A stretch of DNA of 64,000 bases from an uncultured Flavobacteriales bacterium (GTDB taxonomy: Bacteria > Bacteroidota > Bacteroidia > Flavobacteriales > Flavobacteriaceae). The translations under genes and the position numbers were made by a program. The notes beneath the pieces were generated by a model. It saw only the letters and a program-made list of their open reading frames with translations. It was not told where the DNA came from and did not search any database. Each line of letters begins with the position of its first letter. Within the stretch, counting starts at the first letter, position 1. The stretch lies in contig CAXBJF010000011.1 in NCBI GenBank assembly GCA_963976005.1, forward strand, positions 11,276-75,275. Direction: 5' to 3'. Positions 1 to 9,210 of this stretch are shown one piece after another.

Positions 1-1
1 G

Positions 2-391
2 CACTATCAAAAAGAATATTTTTTAACGGGTGATGAACGCAATTTAAAACCCATGATCCTAAAAGATATTGCAGATGAAATTGACATGGATGTTTCAACC
101 ATTTCAAGAGTGGCAAACAGTAAATATGTTGATACACCATATGGAACAAAATTGATTAAAGAATTCTTTTCTGAGTCCATGAAAAATGATCAAGGCGAAG
201 ATGTCTCAACACGGGAAATAAAAAAAATCCTTGAAACTGTTATTGAGGAAGAGGATAAAAAAAAGCCACTTACAGATGAAACATTAGCTGCCATTTTAAA
301 AGAAAAAGGATATCCAATCGCCCGTAGAACAGTCGCAAAATATAGGGAACAATTAGATCTTCCGGTAGCGAGATTACGTAAAAAAATGTAA
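2..391 (+). CDS. rpoN: RNA polymerase sigma-54 factor, 3' part (runs off the window)
   Basis: Frame open from base 2; HTH 'STISRV' and RpoN box 'ARRTVAKYRE'. Confidence 0.95.
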   Translation, partial: HYQKEYFLTGDERNLKPMILKDIADEIDMDVSTISRVANSKYVDTPYGTKLIKEFFSESMKNDQGEDVSTREIKKILETVIEEEDKKKPLTDETLAAILKEKGYPIARRTVAKYREQLDLPVARLRKKM

Positions 392-996
392 TGGATAAGT
401 TTTTAAAAAGTGTCTCGTTTATTTTTCATCCATTAATTATGCCCCTACTTGGCGTTATCTTTTATTTCTCAAAATCCCCAAGATATATTCCAGTACAAAT
501 AATACAGGCTAAGTTAATTTCAATATTTATACTTACTGTGGTTTTACCAATTTTGCTTTATTTTTTACTAAAAACTTTAGGCAAAGTAAAATCGGTATAT
601 TTAGATACAACACGAGAGCGAATCATTCCTTTAATACTTAATTGTATCGTGGTTTCTTTAGTTATAAAGAAAATAGTGCCCGCAAACCAAATTATTGAAT
701 TATACTATTTTTTTTTAGGTATATTAGTGTCTACGCTTGCTTGCTTGTTTTTAGCTATTATGAAGTTTAAAACCAGTATTCATATGGTTTCTGTTGCGGG
801 TTTATTAATGTTTTTTATCGCTTTGAGCATCCATTTCAGCATTAATATAAATGGAACTTTAGCTTTCATGTCAATTCTTGTTGGGGCTATTGCAACTTCA
901 AGATTACATTTAAAAGCCCATAATTATATTGAATTATTAATTGGGTTTTTTATTGGGATGATTCCGCAACTTATTTTGTTAAAATATTGGTTATAA
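391..996 (+). CDS. Multi-pass membrane protein, PAP2-like
   Basis: About 6 hydrophobic segments; 'KTSIH' and 'SRLHLKAH' (SR-x5-H) resemble PAP2 motifs; start overlaps the rpoN stop. Confidence 0.6.
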   Translation: MDKFLKSVSFIFHPLIMPLLGVIFYFSKSPRYIPVQIIQAKLISIFILTVVLPILLYFLLKTLGKVKSVYLDTTRERIIPLILNCIVVSLVIKKIVPANQIIELYYFFLGILVSTLACLFLAIMKFKTSIHMVSVAGLLMFFIALSIHFSININGTLAFMSILVGAIATSRLHLKAHNYIELLIGFFIGMIPQLILLKYWL

Positions 997-1683
997 AATA
1001 TAAAACATTAGTCCTATTTTTATGGCATTCATATCTATAACTTTGCCATTTATAGTCGCCTCTTTTGAAAAAACAGGATTTAAAGCATAATACACGTAAA
1101 AATTCCATGTATTATATCCTGCACTAAGTGATATACCATATTGAAAATTATTAAAATTCTTAATTCCATAGTATTTATACGATTGGTCATTACCATTATA
1201 TTTTGAATTATTGGCGAACATATAACTCAATTTAAGCCCTGTATAAATACGCCAAAACTCATATTTAACGGCTGTGGAAGTTCGCCATCTAAATTCAATG
1301 GGTAATTCAACCAGGTGGGTTGAAAACTTGTTTTTTGAATACGTGGTGGCGTCTTGTAATATGCTATAATTAACCACGCCCAGATTATCTTTACTGATCA
1401 ACATATTCTGATTAAAAGAATTAGCTGAATATCCAAGGCCAATACCTATTGCCAAATTTCGGTTTTTATTAATGGGCATATCTTTAATAAAACCAAAATG
1501 ATATCCAATGGAAAACCCATTTTGAGAAAGATCTACTGGCTTTTTTCCTAATAAATTATACGTTACCGCAACATAAAACTGATCTTCCCTATATAATGAA
1601 TCTATTGCCTTATTGCCAATTTCTTGAGAAAAAGACCATTGAAAACACACTACAAAAAAAGCAATAAATATTGATAATTTCAT
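991..1683 (-). CDS. Outer-membrane beta-barrel (PorT-like porin family) protein
   Basis: Signal peptide ending FS-Q, amphipathic strands, 'ELPIEFRWR' motif, aromatic C-terminal strand. Confidence 0.65.
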   Translation of the reverse strand: MKLSIFIAFFVVCFQWSFSQEIGNKAIDSLYREDQFYVAVTYNLLGKKPVDLSQNGFSIGYHFGFIKDMPINKNRNLAIGIGLGYSANSFNQNMLISKDNLGVVNYSILQDATTYSKNKFSTHLVELPIEFRWRTSTAVKYEFWRIYTGLKLSYMFANNSKYNGNDQSYKYYGIKNFNNFQYGISLSAGYNTWNFYVYYALNPVFSKEATINGKVIDMNAIKIGLMFYIL

Positions 1684-1710
1684 AAGAATAATATAGCAAC
1701 AAAAATATAA

Positions 1711-1744
1711 AAAAGGGCGTTTTGAAGTATCAAAACGCCCTTTT
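1711..1744. terminator. Intrinsic terminator after the exbBD operon
   Basis: AAAAGGGCGTTTTGA-AGTA-TCAAAACGCCCTTTT, perfect 15-bp stem. Confidence 0.85.
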
Positions 1745-1769
1745 AATAAATAAAATTAAGATTTAAAAA

Positions 1770-2246
1770 TTAACGCCTGTCAAAAACATTACCTTTTTTG
1801 GTAGTGTAATTAATTTTAAGTGCATTAACTTTTCGTAATTCTTGCTTAATATCTCCAATTAATCCCATATTAGCATCTTTATCAACTTTTAAAGCTGTTG
1901 TTAAAAACGGAACTAATTCTTCTCTTTTTGAGGCGCGTTCTGATGCAATGAATGCCGCAATATCTTCTACACCAGCAAACTTATCATTAAGTTGAATTCT
2001 AGATTCTGTACCATATTGTTTGTAAGCATCACTAGGTTTGCCTGCATAAATATACATAACCAAATCCTTTTTATCAAGTTTTTCAACCTGATCTGCATAA
2101 GGCAAATTATTATTAACCTTTAAAGTAGTTTTTCTCATTGTTGTTGCTACCATGAAAAAGAATAACAATATAAATACAATATCTGGCAATGATGCTGTAT
2201 TAACCGCAGGCATTTCGCCTCCTTTTTTCTTTTTAAATTTAGCCAT
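1770..2246 (-). CDS. exbD: ExbD/TolR biopolymer transport protein
   Basis: 'SLPDIVFILLFFFMV' TM segment with the conserved Asp. Confidence 0.9.
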   Translation of the reverse strand: MAKFKKKKGGEMPAVNTASLPDIVFILLFFFMVATTMRKTTLKVNNNLPYADQVEKLDKKDLVMYIYAGKPSDAYKQYGTESRIQLNDKFAGVEDIAAFIASERASKREELVPFLTTALKVDKDANMGLIGDIKQELRKVNALKINYTTKKGNVFDRR

Positions 2247-2272
2247 ATTATATCAATGTGTTAAATTTTAAA

Positions 2273-2860
2273 TTATTGTACTTCTGAAAGTTTTTGTGGA
2301 TATTCCACTTTTATTTGATCCAACTTTTCTTTTAACTTTTCTTTATTTCCTGGCCAGTTTACATTATCATAATCTGCTTGCATGTCACTAAAGGTCTTAC
2401 CGTATTTAGAAAGTGCTCTTTTATCTCTCAACTCATTATATGCAGCCACTAACTCATTTTGCACGGAAATATACATCTTATAAGAAGTTTCCCTTTCATT
2501 TTTAACCGAGATGATTGCTTTATCAGGGTTATCAGATGAACTAGGTGATTTTTTTCCTTGACAGTAATCACATGTTCCATCGCCACCATTATCTAAAAAT
2601 TCTTTAGCGGCTTTCCTTAAATCTTTAAGTTCCATTATTTCATCTTCTACAAGCAATTGATCCCTACCATTAATTAAAACGGTAAAAATATTTTTTTGCT
2701 TTATAATGACATCTTGCTGAGTATCATCTATTGGGGGAAGCTTACGGTTTATACCCGTATCTGTTTCAATAGTGGTGGTTACCAAGAAAAATATCAATAG
2801 AAGAAATGCAATATCGGCCATGGAGCCTGCATTAATTTCTGGTGCTACTCTTTTTGCCAT
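2273..2860 (-). CDS. exbD: ExbD/TolR biopolymer transport protein
   Basis: 'SMADIAFLLLIFFLV' motif; periplasmic insert with CDYC. Confidence 0.9.
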   Translation of the reverse strand: MAKRVAPEINAGSMADIAFLLLIFFLVTTTIETDTGINRKLPPIDDTQQDVIIKQKNIFTVLINGRDQLLVEDEIMELKDLRKAAKEFLDNGGDGTCDYCQGKKSPSSSDNPDKAIISVKNERETSYKMYISVQNELVAAYNELRDKRALSKYGKTFSDMQADYDNVNWPGNKEKLKEKLDQIKVEYPQKLSEVQ

Positions 2861-2863
2861 AAT

Positions 2864-3283
2864 TTATTTATTAAATAAGTTTTTTACTCCTGAAAGCAAC
2901 ATGGATGCTATTGCCGCAACACCAAGAAAATAAAACGTGTATAAGCCAGCGCCCACATTTTTAGAGATAGCTTCAGTGATATCCAGTCCTTTATCGTTAA
3001 AAGGTTGTAAATCTAAATCTGTTCCTGAAGATAAAAAATACGATATCACTATTATTCCTAAGAACAATCCTAATGATGTCAAAGTCTTTTTAATATCTCC
3101 TGCAAATAAACCTTTTATAACATATATTAGTACTAATATTAGTACAATTGCCAGTACAAGATAAGCAACATATAACATATTGTCAATCATAGCATCAGAT
3201 CCTGTTATTATTAATAGCGCAAAAAGTGCGCCAATAATACCAAGAGCATATGCTACATATTTTAGATATTTATGTAATTTCAT
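2864..3283 (-). CDS. Membrane protein of the exbBD operon (about 4 TM)
   Basis: Hydrophobic ORF tightly packed between exbB and exbD. Confidence 0.75.
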   Translation of the reverse strand: MKLHKYLKYVAYALGIIGALFALLIITGSDAMIDNMLYVAYLVLAIVLILVLIYVIKGLFAGDIKKTLTSLGLFLGIIVISYFLSSGTDLDLQPFNDKGLDITEAISKNVGAGLYTFYFLGVAAIASMLLSGVKNLFNK

Positions 3284-3302
3284 TTTTTTGTTGTTTAGAT
3301 TA

Positions 3303-4070
3303 TTACTTTTTTTGTCTGATTAATAAATCCATTAATGTTATAGAAGCATCTTCCATGTCATTAACGATACTATCAATTTTAGCAATAATATAATTATAAA
3401 AAATTTGAAGTATAATAGCCACAACCAATCCAAATACAGTTGTTAAAAGGGCTACTTTAATACCTCCAGCCACAAGTGACGGTTGCATATCCCCAGCTGC
3501 TTCAATTTTATCGAAGGCTTGAATCATACCTATTACCGTACCCATGAAACCAAGCATAGGAGCCAGTGCAATAAATAAAGAAATCCAAGATACGTTTTTC
3601 TCTAATTGCCCCATTTGAACACCACCATAAGCAACAACTGCTTTTTCAACGGCCTCCAATCCTTCATCCGTTCTATCCAATCCTTGATAGTAAATAGATG
3701 CAACGGGGCCTTTTGTGTTACGGCAAACTTCTTTTGCTGCATCCACACCTCCCGATGATAAAGCATCTTCAACATCTTGTGTTAATTTTTTAGTGTTTGT
3801 TGTAGAAAGGTTTAAAAAGATAATTCTTTCAATAGCAATTGCTAACCCAAGAATTAAACATAATAATACAATTCCCATAAAGCCTGGGTTTCCTTCAATA
3901 AATCTCTTTTTTAATTCTTGATGAAATCCAAGTTCTTCAGCGGGCGCCGCCTCATCTTGGGTCATACTTGCAACAGTGGTTACAGCTGTTGTGTTAACGT
4001 TTGTTGTTGCATTAGCAGTTCCGAAAGCCATCATTCCTGAAATGGCAAGGATAGAAAATAATCTTTTCAT
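3303..4070 (-). CDS. exbB: MotA/TolQ/ExbB proton channel protein
   Basis: 'APMLGFMGTVIGMI' and 'GIKVALLTTVFGL' motifs. Confidence 0.92.
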   Translation of the reverse strand: MKRLFSILAISGMMAFGTANATTNVNTTAVTTVASMTQDEAAPAEELGFHQELKKRFIEGNPGFMGIVLLCLILGLAIAIERIIFLNLSTTNTKKLTQDVEDALSSGGVDAAKEVCRNTKGPVASIYYQGLDRTDEGLEAVEKAVVAYGGVQMGQLEKNVSWISLFIALAPMLGFMGTVIGMIQAFDKIEAAGDMQPSLVAGGIKVALLTTVFGLVVAIILQIFYNYIIAKIDSIVNDMEDASITLMDLLIRQKK

Positions 4071-4143
4071 GTTCTAGGTCTTAATTTTATTAGTTAAAGT
4101 GTTAAAGATATAAAAAAAAAGTAATTAAAAATAAAAATAACAG

Positions 4144-4231
4144 CAGAGAGGAAGGGATTCGAACCCTCGATACCCTTTTGAGGTATACACACTTTCCAGG
4201 CGTGCGCCTTCGACCACTCGGCCACCTCTCT
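4144..4231 (-). tRNA. tRNA-Ser (anticodon GGA)
   Basis: Acceptor stem AGAGAGG/CCTCTCT, anticodon arm CACGC-CTGGAAA-GTGTG, long variable arm, GGTTCGAATCC T-arm; CCA not encoded. Confidence 0.97.
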
Positions 4232-4306
4232 TTATTTCAATTAACTTAATTACAAGGGCTCAAATAACAAAAAAAAAATTGAAGATTAAAACTTTATCAA
4301 CAAATT

Positions 4307-5338
4307 TTATAACATTTCTCCACGTAAAGAGGTTTCATAGATGGTTTTGAACACTTTACTTGAAATATTTTGCCCTAACATATACATTAATTTACTTATG
4401 GCGGCTTCAGTTGTAATGTCTTTGCCCGAAATCACACCTATTTTAACTAAGTTTTCACTCGTTTCATAATGCCCCATCATGACACTGCCACCAGAACATT
4501 GCGTAATATTAATAATATGTATGCCTTTTTTAATGGTTTGTTCTAGCAAATTGATAAACCATTTTTCAGTAGAACAGTTACCTGCACCATAGGTTTCTAA
4601 AATAACACCTTTTAATTGAGGAGTATTAAAAATACTTTTTATGACGGCTTCAGAAATTCCTGGAAATATTTTAATCAATGCAATGTTCGTGTCTAATTCT
4701 TTATGCACTATAAGCGATTTCTTTAAATTTGGTTTTAATAAATAATCATGGTTAATTTTTAAATGAACTCCTGATTCTGCCAAATCCGGATAATTTAATG
4801 ACGCAAAGGCCTTAAAGTGCTCCGCATTAATTTTGGTTGTTCTGTTAGCCCTGTATAGTTTGTATTCAAAATATAAACACACCTCTTTTACAACAGGTTG
4901 ATTTAAATGTTGTACAGAAGCCATTTGAATGGAGGTTATTAAGTTTTCTTTGGCATCTGTACGCAAATCACCTATTGGCAATTGAGAGCCCGTAAAAACA
5001 ACCGGTTTGGCTAAGTTTTCTAACATAAAACTTAATGCTGATGCGGTATAACTCATGGTGTCACTTCCATGAAGCACCACAAAACCATCAAATCGCTTGT
5101 AATTTACTTCTATAAGTTCAGCTATTTGCACCCAATATCCAGGATTCATATTGCTGGAATCTATTGGTTTTTCAAAAGAAACCGTTTCAATATTACAATC
5201 CAGCAATTGTAGTTCTGGTATTTGTTTTAATAGATTTGTAAAATCGAAGGCACGAAGCGTTCCTGTTTTAGAATCTTTTACCATTCCAATAGTACCACCA
5301 GTATATATAAGAAGTATATTTGGTTTTGTTTTTTTCAT
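4307..5338 (-). CDS. ansA: Type I (cytoplasmic) L-asparaginase
   Basis: 'YTGGTIGM' and 'HGSDTM' catalytic motifs. Confidence 0.93.
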   Translation of the reverse strand: MKKTKPNILLIYTGGTIGMVKDSKTGTLRAFDFTNLLKQIPELQLLDCNIETVSFEKPIDSSNMNPGYWVQIAELIEVNYKRFDGFVVLHGSDTMSYTASALSFMLENLAKPVVFTGSQLPIGDLRTDAKENLITSIQMASVQHLNQPVVKEVCLYFEYKLYRANRTTKINAEHFKAFASLNYPDLAESGVHLKINHDYLLKPNLKKSLIVHKELDTNIALIKIFPGISEAVIKSIFNTPQLKGVILETYGAGNCSTEKWFINLLEQTIKKGIHIINITQCSGGSVMMGHYETSENLVKIGVISGKDITTEAAISKLMYMLGQNISSKVFKTIYETSLRGEML

Positions 5339-5341
5339 TTT

Positions 5342-6109
5342 TTATATATTAAAAACGTCTTCAGAATTTTTGGTTGTTATTTTTGCTATTTCTTGTAAAG
5401 ATACTCCGTAGATATCTGATAACTTTTCCAACACCTTAATAATGTATCCGCTTTCGTTTCGTTTGCCTCTAAACGGCACTGGTGCTAAATATGGGGAATC
5501 AGTTTCTAAAACAATATGCCCAAGGTCTATTTGATTCAAAAACTGATCAATTTTTCCATTTTTAAATGTAATTACCCCTCCTATTCCTAATTTCATATTA
5601 TAAGAAATGGCCTGTTGTGCTTGCTTTAATGTTCCTGTGAAACAATGAAAAATTCCAAACAAATCATCACTCTTTTCAGATTCTAAAACTTCAAATATTT
5701 CATTAAATGCCTCTCTACAATGAATTACTATTGGTAGCTTATATTTTTTCGCCAATTGAATTTGATGTTTAAAAGCTTCTTGCTGAATACCAAGGGTTGT
5801 TTTCTCCCAATATAAATCAATACCTATTTCACCGACTGCATAAAAAGTTCGCTTTGCGAGCATCTCTTCTACATGATTTAATTCTTCCTTATAATTTTCT
5901 TTTACGTGGGTTGGATGTAATCCCATCATTAAAAAAACATTATCCGGATACGCCTTTTCAAGTTGAAACATGGCGTTTGTGTAAGTTGAATCAATTGCAG
6001 GAATAAAAAAACGTGTTATATTTTGATTTAACGCCCGTTGAATCATGGCGCCTCTATCTTCATCAAAAGCTTCACTATATAAATGAGTATGGGTATCTGT
6101 AATAATCAT
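5342..6109 (-). CDS. tatD: TatD family hydrolase
   Basis: 'DTHTH', 'GEIGID', 'HCRE', 'HCF' and 'ETDSPY' motifs. Confidence 0.93.
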   Translation of the reverse strand: MIITDTHTHLYSEAFDEDRGAMIQRALNQNITRFFIPAIDSTYTNAMFQLEKAYPDNVFLMMGLHPTHVKENYKEELNHVEEMLAKRTFYAVGEIGIDLYWEKTTLGIQQEAFKHQIQLAKKYKLPIVIHCREAFNEIFEVLESEKSDDLFGIFHCFTGTLKQAQQAISYNMKLGIGGVITFKNGKIDQFLNQIDLGHIVLETDSPYLAPVPFRGKRNESGYIIKVLEKLSDIYGVSLQEIAKITTKNSEDVFNI

Positions 6110-6332
6110 TTGGCAAAAGTAAAAAAGTCGCCATTAAATTCATGTTTTTCTTTTTTCTATTTTTAGTCCGTTTAAAATTAAATGCCTGCAAAAAATGGCA
6201 ATAAACTTTTGGAAAGCTTAGATATTAGTATCTTATTGAACATATATTACCAAAAACTTCTATGTTTTTATAATTTAATCATATCAATAACCTTATTTGT
6301 GTTACTTTTAATATTGAAATTTATACAAGCTC

Positions 6333-6776
6333 ATGACTGATTCATTACAACAATTCCTACTTAATAAAGATTACATTAAAGTGAAGTTAAAGCTTGCCAA
6401 AACCAATCATTTTGAGATAAAAGCTACTATAAATGGTGTAAAGGGCCTGTTTATTTTAGATACTGGCGCTTCAAGTTCATGCGTTGGCTTTGATGCTATT
6501 GAAACCTTTAAACTTAATGCTGAAGACTCTAAAATTAAAGCAGCAGGTGCTGGCGATTCCAATATGGAAACACAAATTTCCAATAAAAACATTGTTAAAA
6601 TTGGAAAGTGGCAAGACCCTAAAATTGTATTGGTTTTATTTAACTTAACACATGTAAATACAGCACTAATAAACCATAATTCAAGACCTGTTGATGGTAT
6701 CATAGGTGCAGATATTTTAATAAAAGCCAAAGCGATTATTGATTATGAAAAAAGATATTTATATTTGAAAAAGTAA
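6333..6776 (+). CDS. Retropepsin-like (clan AA) aspartyl protease
   Basis: 'FILDTGAS' catalytic motif and 'DGIIGAD' C-terminal motif. Confidence 0.85.
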   Translation: MTDSLQQFLLNKDYIKVKLKLAKTNHFEIKATINGVKGLFILDTGASSSCVGFDAIETFKLNAEDSKIKAAGAGDSNMETQISNKNIVKIGKWQDPKIVLVLFNLTHVNTALINHNSRPVDGIIGADILIKAKAIIDYEKRYLYLKK

Positions 6777-6838
6777 GTCTTGAAATAAAATCTTGCATTT
6801 ACAATAAGTTTATTGACCAATCTACTTTAACTTTTAAA

Positions 6839-7465
6839 ATGAATACCACCATTGTTGTTGCCGATGATCATCCATTTATGCTAAAAGGGCTAAGTGACTT
6901 TTTGATATCAAAAGGTTTTAATGTTGTTGGTTGTGCAGAAGATGGAAAATCGGCCTATAATCTTATTGTAAAATATAAACCAGATATTGCTGTTTTAGAT
7001 ATACGAATGCCAATTTTAAGTGGTTTAGATATAGCTGAACAATGCAAAAAAAACAATATTGACACAAAAATTATTTTAATAACTTTTGATACTGACGAAG
7101 ATTTATATGAAAAAGCGTTAAAACTAGATGTTTACGGCTATATTCTTAAAGATTTTGCTATTGAAGAAATTGAAACCTGTATAGCGAATGCTTTAAAAGA
7201 CAAGCCTTATTTTAGTGATGAAATAATATCTCACCTTAAAAAGATTCCAACAAATAACCATGTTTTGGATACTCTAACAAAGACCGAACGCAAAATTATT
7301 TCATTAATAGCTGATAATAAAACAAGTCAAGAAATTGCATCAGATCTATCAGTATCCATAAAAACCATTCATAAACACAGGAGTCATATTATTTCAAAAT
7401 TAAAATTAAATAGCGGACCAACTTCTCTTTTAGTTTGGGCCAACTTAAATAAAAACAATTTTTAA
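6839..7465 (+). CDS. NarL/FixJ (LuxR-HTH) response regulator; no kinase nearby
   Basis: Receiver domain 'ADDH...LDIRMP...K' plus 'LTKTERKI...KTIHKHRSHI' HTH. Confidence 0.92.
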   Translation: MNTTIVVADDHPFMLKGLSDFLISKGFNVVGCAEDGKSAYNLIVKYKPDIAVLDIRMPILSGLDIAEQCKKNNIDTKIILITFDTDEDLYEKALKLDVYGYILKDFAIEEIETCIANALKDKPYFSDEIISHLKKIPTNNHVLDTLTKTERKIISLIADNKTSQEIASDLSVSIKTIHKHRSHIISKLKLNSGPTSLLVWANLNKNNF

Positions 7466-7489
7466 AAATACGCATAAGTGCGTATTTTT
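7464..7489. promoter_or_regulatory. Perfect palindrome: activator site and/or terminator of the response regulator
   Basis: AAAAATACGCA-TAAG-TGCGTATTTTT; a -7-like TATCTTTA follows at 7508-7515. Confidence 0.55.
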
Positions 7490-7550
7490 TATTTCATCAG
7501 TACGGCTTATCTTTACAGAGCTATTAATTAATTCTTAGGGAGAATTTAAG

Positions 7551-7581
7551 AAGACTCTGTATTGTAATGATACAGAGTTTT
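7551..7581 (+). terminator. Hairpin with short T-tract (possible end of an sRNA or attenuator)
   Basis: AAGACTCTGTAT-TGTAATG-ATACAGAGTTTT; 9-bp perfect core. Confidence 0.55.
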
Positions 7582-7626
7582 CAATTAATGAAAATTAAAA
7601 TAATTTTAACCCCAAATTATTATAAT

Positions 7627-7731
7627 ATGATGTTTGAAGGCGATAATAGTTTAGATAAATATTTTACAATTACATTGATTGCATTAGTTATTCTTGTAAT
7701 TGCTATTAATGTCATTGTTTACTTTTATTGA
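7627..7731 (+). CDS. Small 34-aa single-TM protein (below the ORF track cutoff)
   Basis: MMFEGDNSLDKYFTITLIALVILVIAINVIVYFY*, translated by hand; preceded by an A/T-rich leader. Confidence 0.55.
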   Translation: MMFEGDNSLDKYFTITLIALVILVIAINVIVYFY

Positions 7732-7760
7732 CATTAATTTTGTTATTGGTTAAAAAAAAG

Positions 7761-7900
7761 GAGGCTGTCTAAAAAGTCATTGCGAGTCCCGATAGCTATC
7801 GGGAGAAGCAATCTATAAATTGCAAGTTGTTGATTTACAGATTACTTCAAAATAAAAATTTCTCGTAATGACGGTTAATATATACTTTTCAGACAGCCTC
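7761..7900. repeat. MITE/REP-like composite inverted-repeat element (family A)
   Basis: TIRs GAGGCTGTCTAAAAAGT and ACTTTTCAGACAGCCTC (16/17); inner arms GTCATTGCGAG/CTCGTAATGAC and GAAGCAATCT/AGATTACTTC; nested palindrome TCCCGATAGCTATCGGGA. Confidence 0.8.
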
Positions 7901-7927
7901 TTTTTTTTAAATACATCTTTCTTTAAA

Positions 7928-9145
7928 CTATAATTCCAGTGCTTTTTTAATATCATTATTCATTAATAATTCAATTGGGTTTTCTAACGCTTCTTTAACA
8001 GCAACCAAAAAACCAACACTTTCTTTTCCGTCAATGATTCTGTGATCATATGATAAAGCCACATACATAATTGGGCGGATTTCTACTTTTCCATTTATGG
8101 CAACGGGACGCTCAACAATATTATGCATTCCCAAAATACCACTTTGAGGAGGATTAATAATGGGCGTAGATAACATACTTCCAAAAACACCACCGTTTGA
8201 AATTGTGAAGGTTCCTCCGGTCATTTCATCAACCGTTATTTGTCCGTCACGTGCTCTAATTGCCAATCTTTTCACTTCGTTTTCAACGCCTCTAAACGTT
8301 AAATTTTCAACGTTACGCATCACGGGCACCATTAATCCTTTTGGTCCAGAAACTGCAATACTAATATCGCAAAAATCATAAGTAATCATTTCTTTTTCAT
8401 CAATCATTGAGTTTACTGTTGGATACATTTTTAAAGCTCTAACAACTGCTAATGAAAAGAAACTCATAAACCCTAATCCTACTCCGTGCTTCGTTTTAAA
8501 GTCTTCTTTATATTGATTTCGTAATGCAAAAATTGGAGACATATCAACTTCATTAAACGTTGTTAACATGGCCGTTGTGTTTTTTGCCTCAACTAATCGT
8601 TCTGCTACTTTTCGGCGTAGCATAGATAATTTTGTTCTGGTAGTTCCCCGATTTCCTCCAGTTGGAGTCCCCATGGATGGCGTTGCATTTACAGCATCAT
8701 CTTTAGTTATTCTACCCGCTTTTCCAGTACCTGTTACTTCTGAAGTTACAATGCCTTTTTCGTCTAAAATCTTTTTTGCTGCAGGGCTTGGGCTTCCTGT
8801 AGCATAGGTTTTAGCCTCCCCTAACCCCTCCGAAGGAGGGGAACTCGGACTTTGCTTCACCTCTGCAACTTTTTCTGGTTTTGAAGCTTCAGTGCCTTCT
8901 GGCTTTTCTGCGCTGGTATCAATTAAACATACCACCGCACCCACTGCTACAGCATCACCTTCTTCAGCTTTTAACGTAATGATTCCGCTTGCCTCCGCAG
9001 GAAGTTCAAGAGTTGCTTTATCACTATCTACTTCAGCAATGGGTTGGTCTTTTTCAACATAATCACCATCTTCAACCAACCATGTAGCAATTTCCACCTC
9101 TTTTATAGATTCCCCCGGAGAAGGAACTTTCATTTCTAAAATCAT
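7928..9145 (-). CDS. sucB: 2-oxoglutarate dehydrogenase E2 (dihydrolipoamide succinyltransferase)
   Basis: Lipoyl 'SDKAT', E3-binding '[12 protein letters not shown]', catalytic 'YDHRIIDG'. Confidence 0.97.
   Translation of the reverse strand: MILEMKVPSPGESIKEVEIATWLVEDGDYVEKDQPIAEVDSDKATLELPAEASGIITLKAEEGDAVAVGAVVCLIDTSAEKPEGTEASKPEKVAEVKQSPSSPPSEGLGEAKTYATGSPSPAAKKILDEKGIVTSEVTGTGKAGRITKDDAVNATPSMGTPTGGNRGTTRTKLSMLRRKVAERLVEAKNTTAMLTTFNEVDMSPIFALRNQYKEDFKTKHGVGLGFMSFFSLAVVRALKMYPTVNSMIDEKEMITYDFCDISIAVSGPKGLMVPVMRNVENLTFRGVENEVKRLAIRARDGQITVDEMTGGTFTISNGGVFGSMLSTPIINPPQSGILGMHNIVERPVAINGKVEIRPIMYVALSYDHRIIDGKESVGFLVAVKEALENPIELLMNNDIKKALEL
8814..8843. repeat. GC-rich hairpin repeat (family B) in-frame within the sucB linker
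   Basis: GCCTCCCCTAA-CCCCTCC-GAA-GGAGGGG-AA; encodes part of '[13 protein letters not shown]'; related copy at 34072-34100. Confidence 0.7.
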
Positions 9146-9210
9146 TCTTTATGTTTTAATGTATTCTTATTTCAATTTTATTTTTTCAATGCAATGTCTT
9201 ACTTTAATTT

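Noticed and set aside
2568-2579. CDYC motif in ExbD as a novel redox or metal switch
   Set aside because: Most simply a structural periplasmic disulfide; nothing in the sequence supports a regulatory role.
4144-4231. tRNA-Ser as an integration site for an island
   Set aside because: No integrase and no duplicated tRNA 3' end were seen; the flanks are housekeeping genes.
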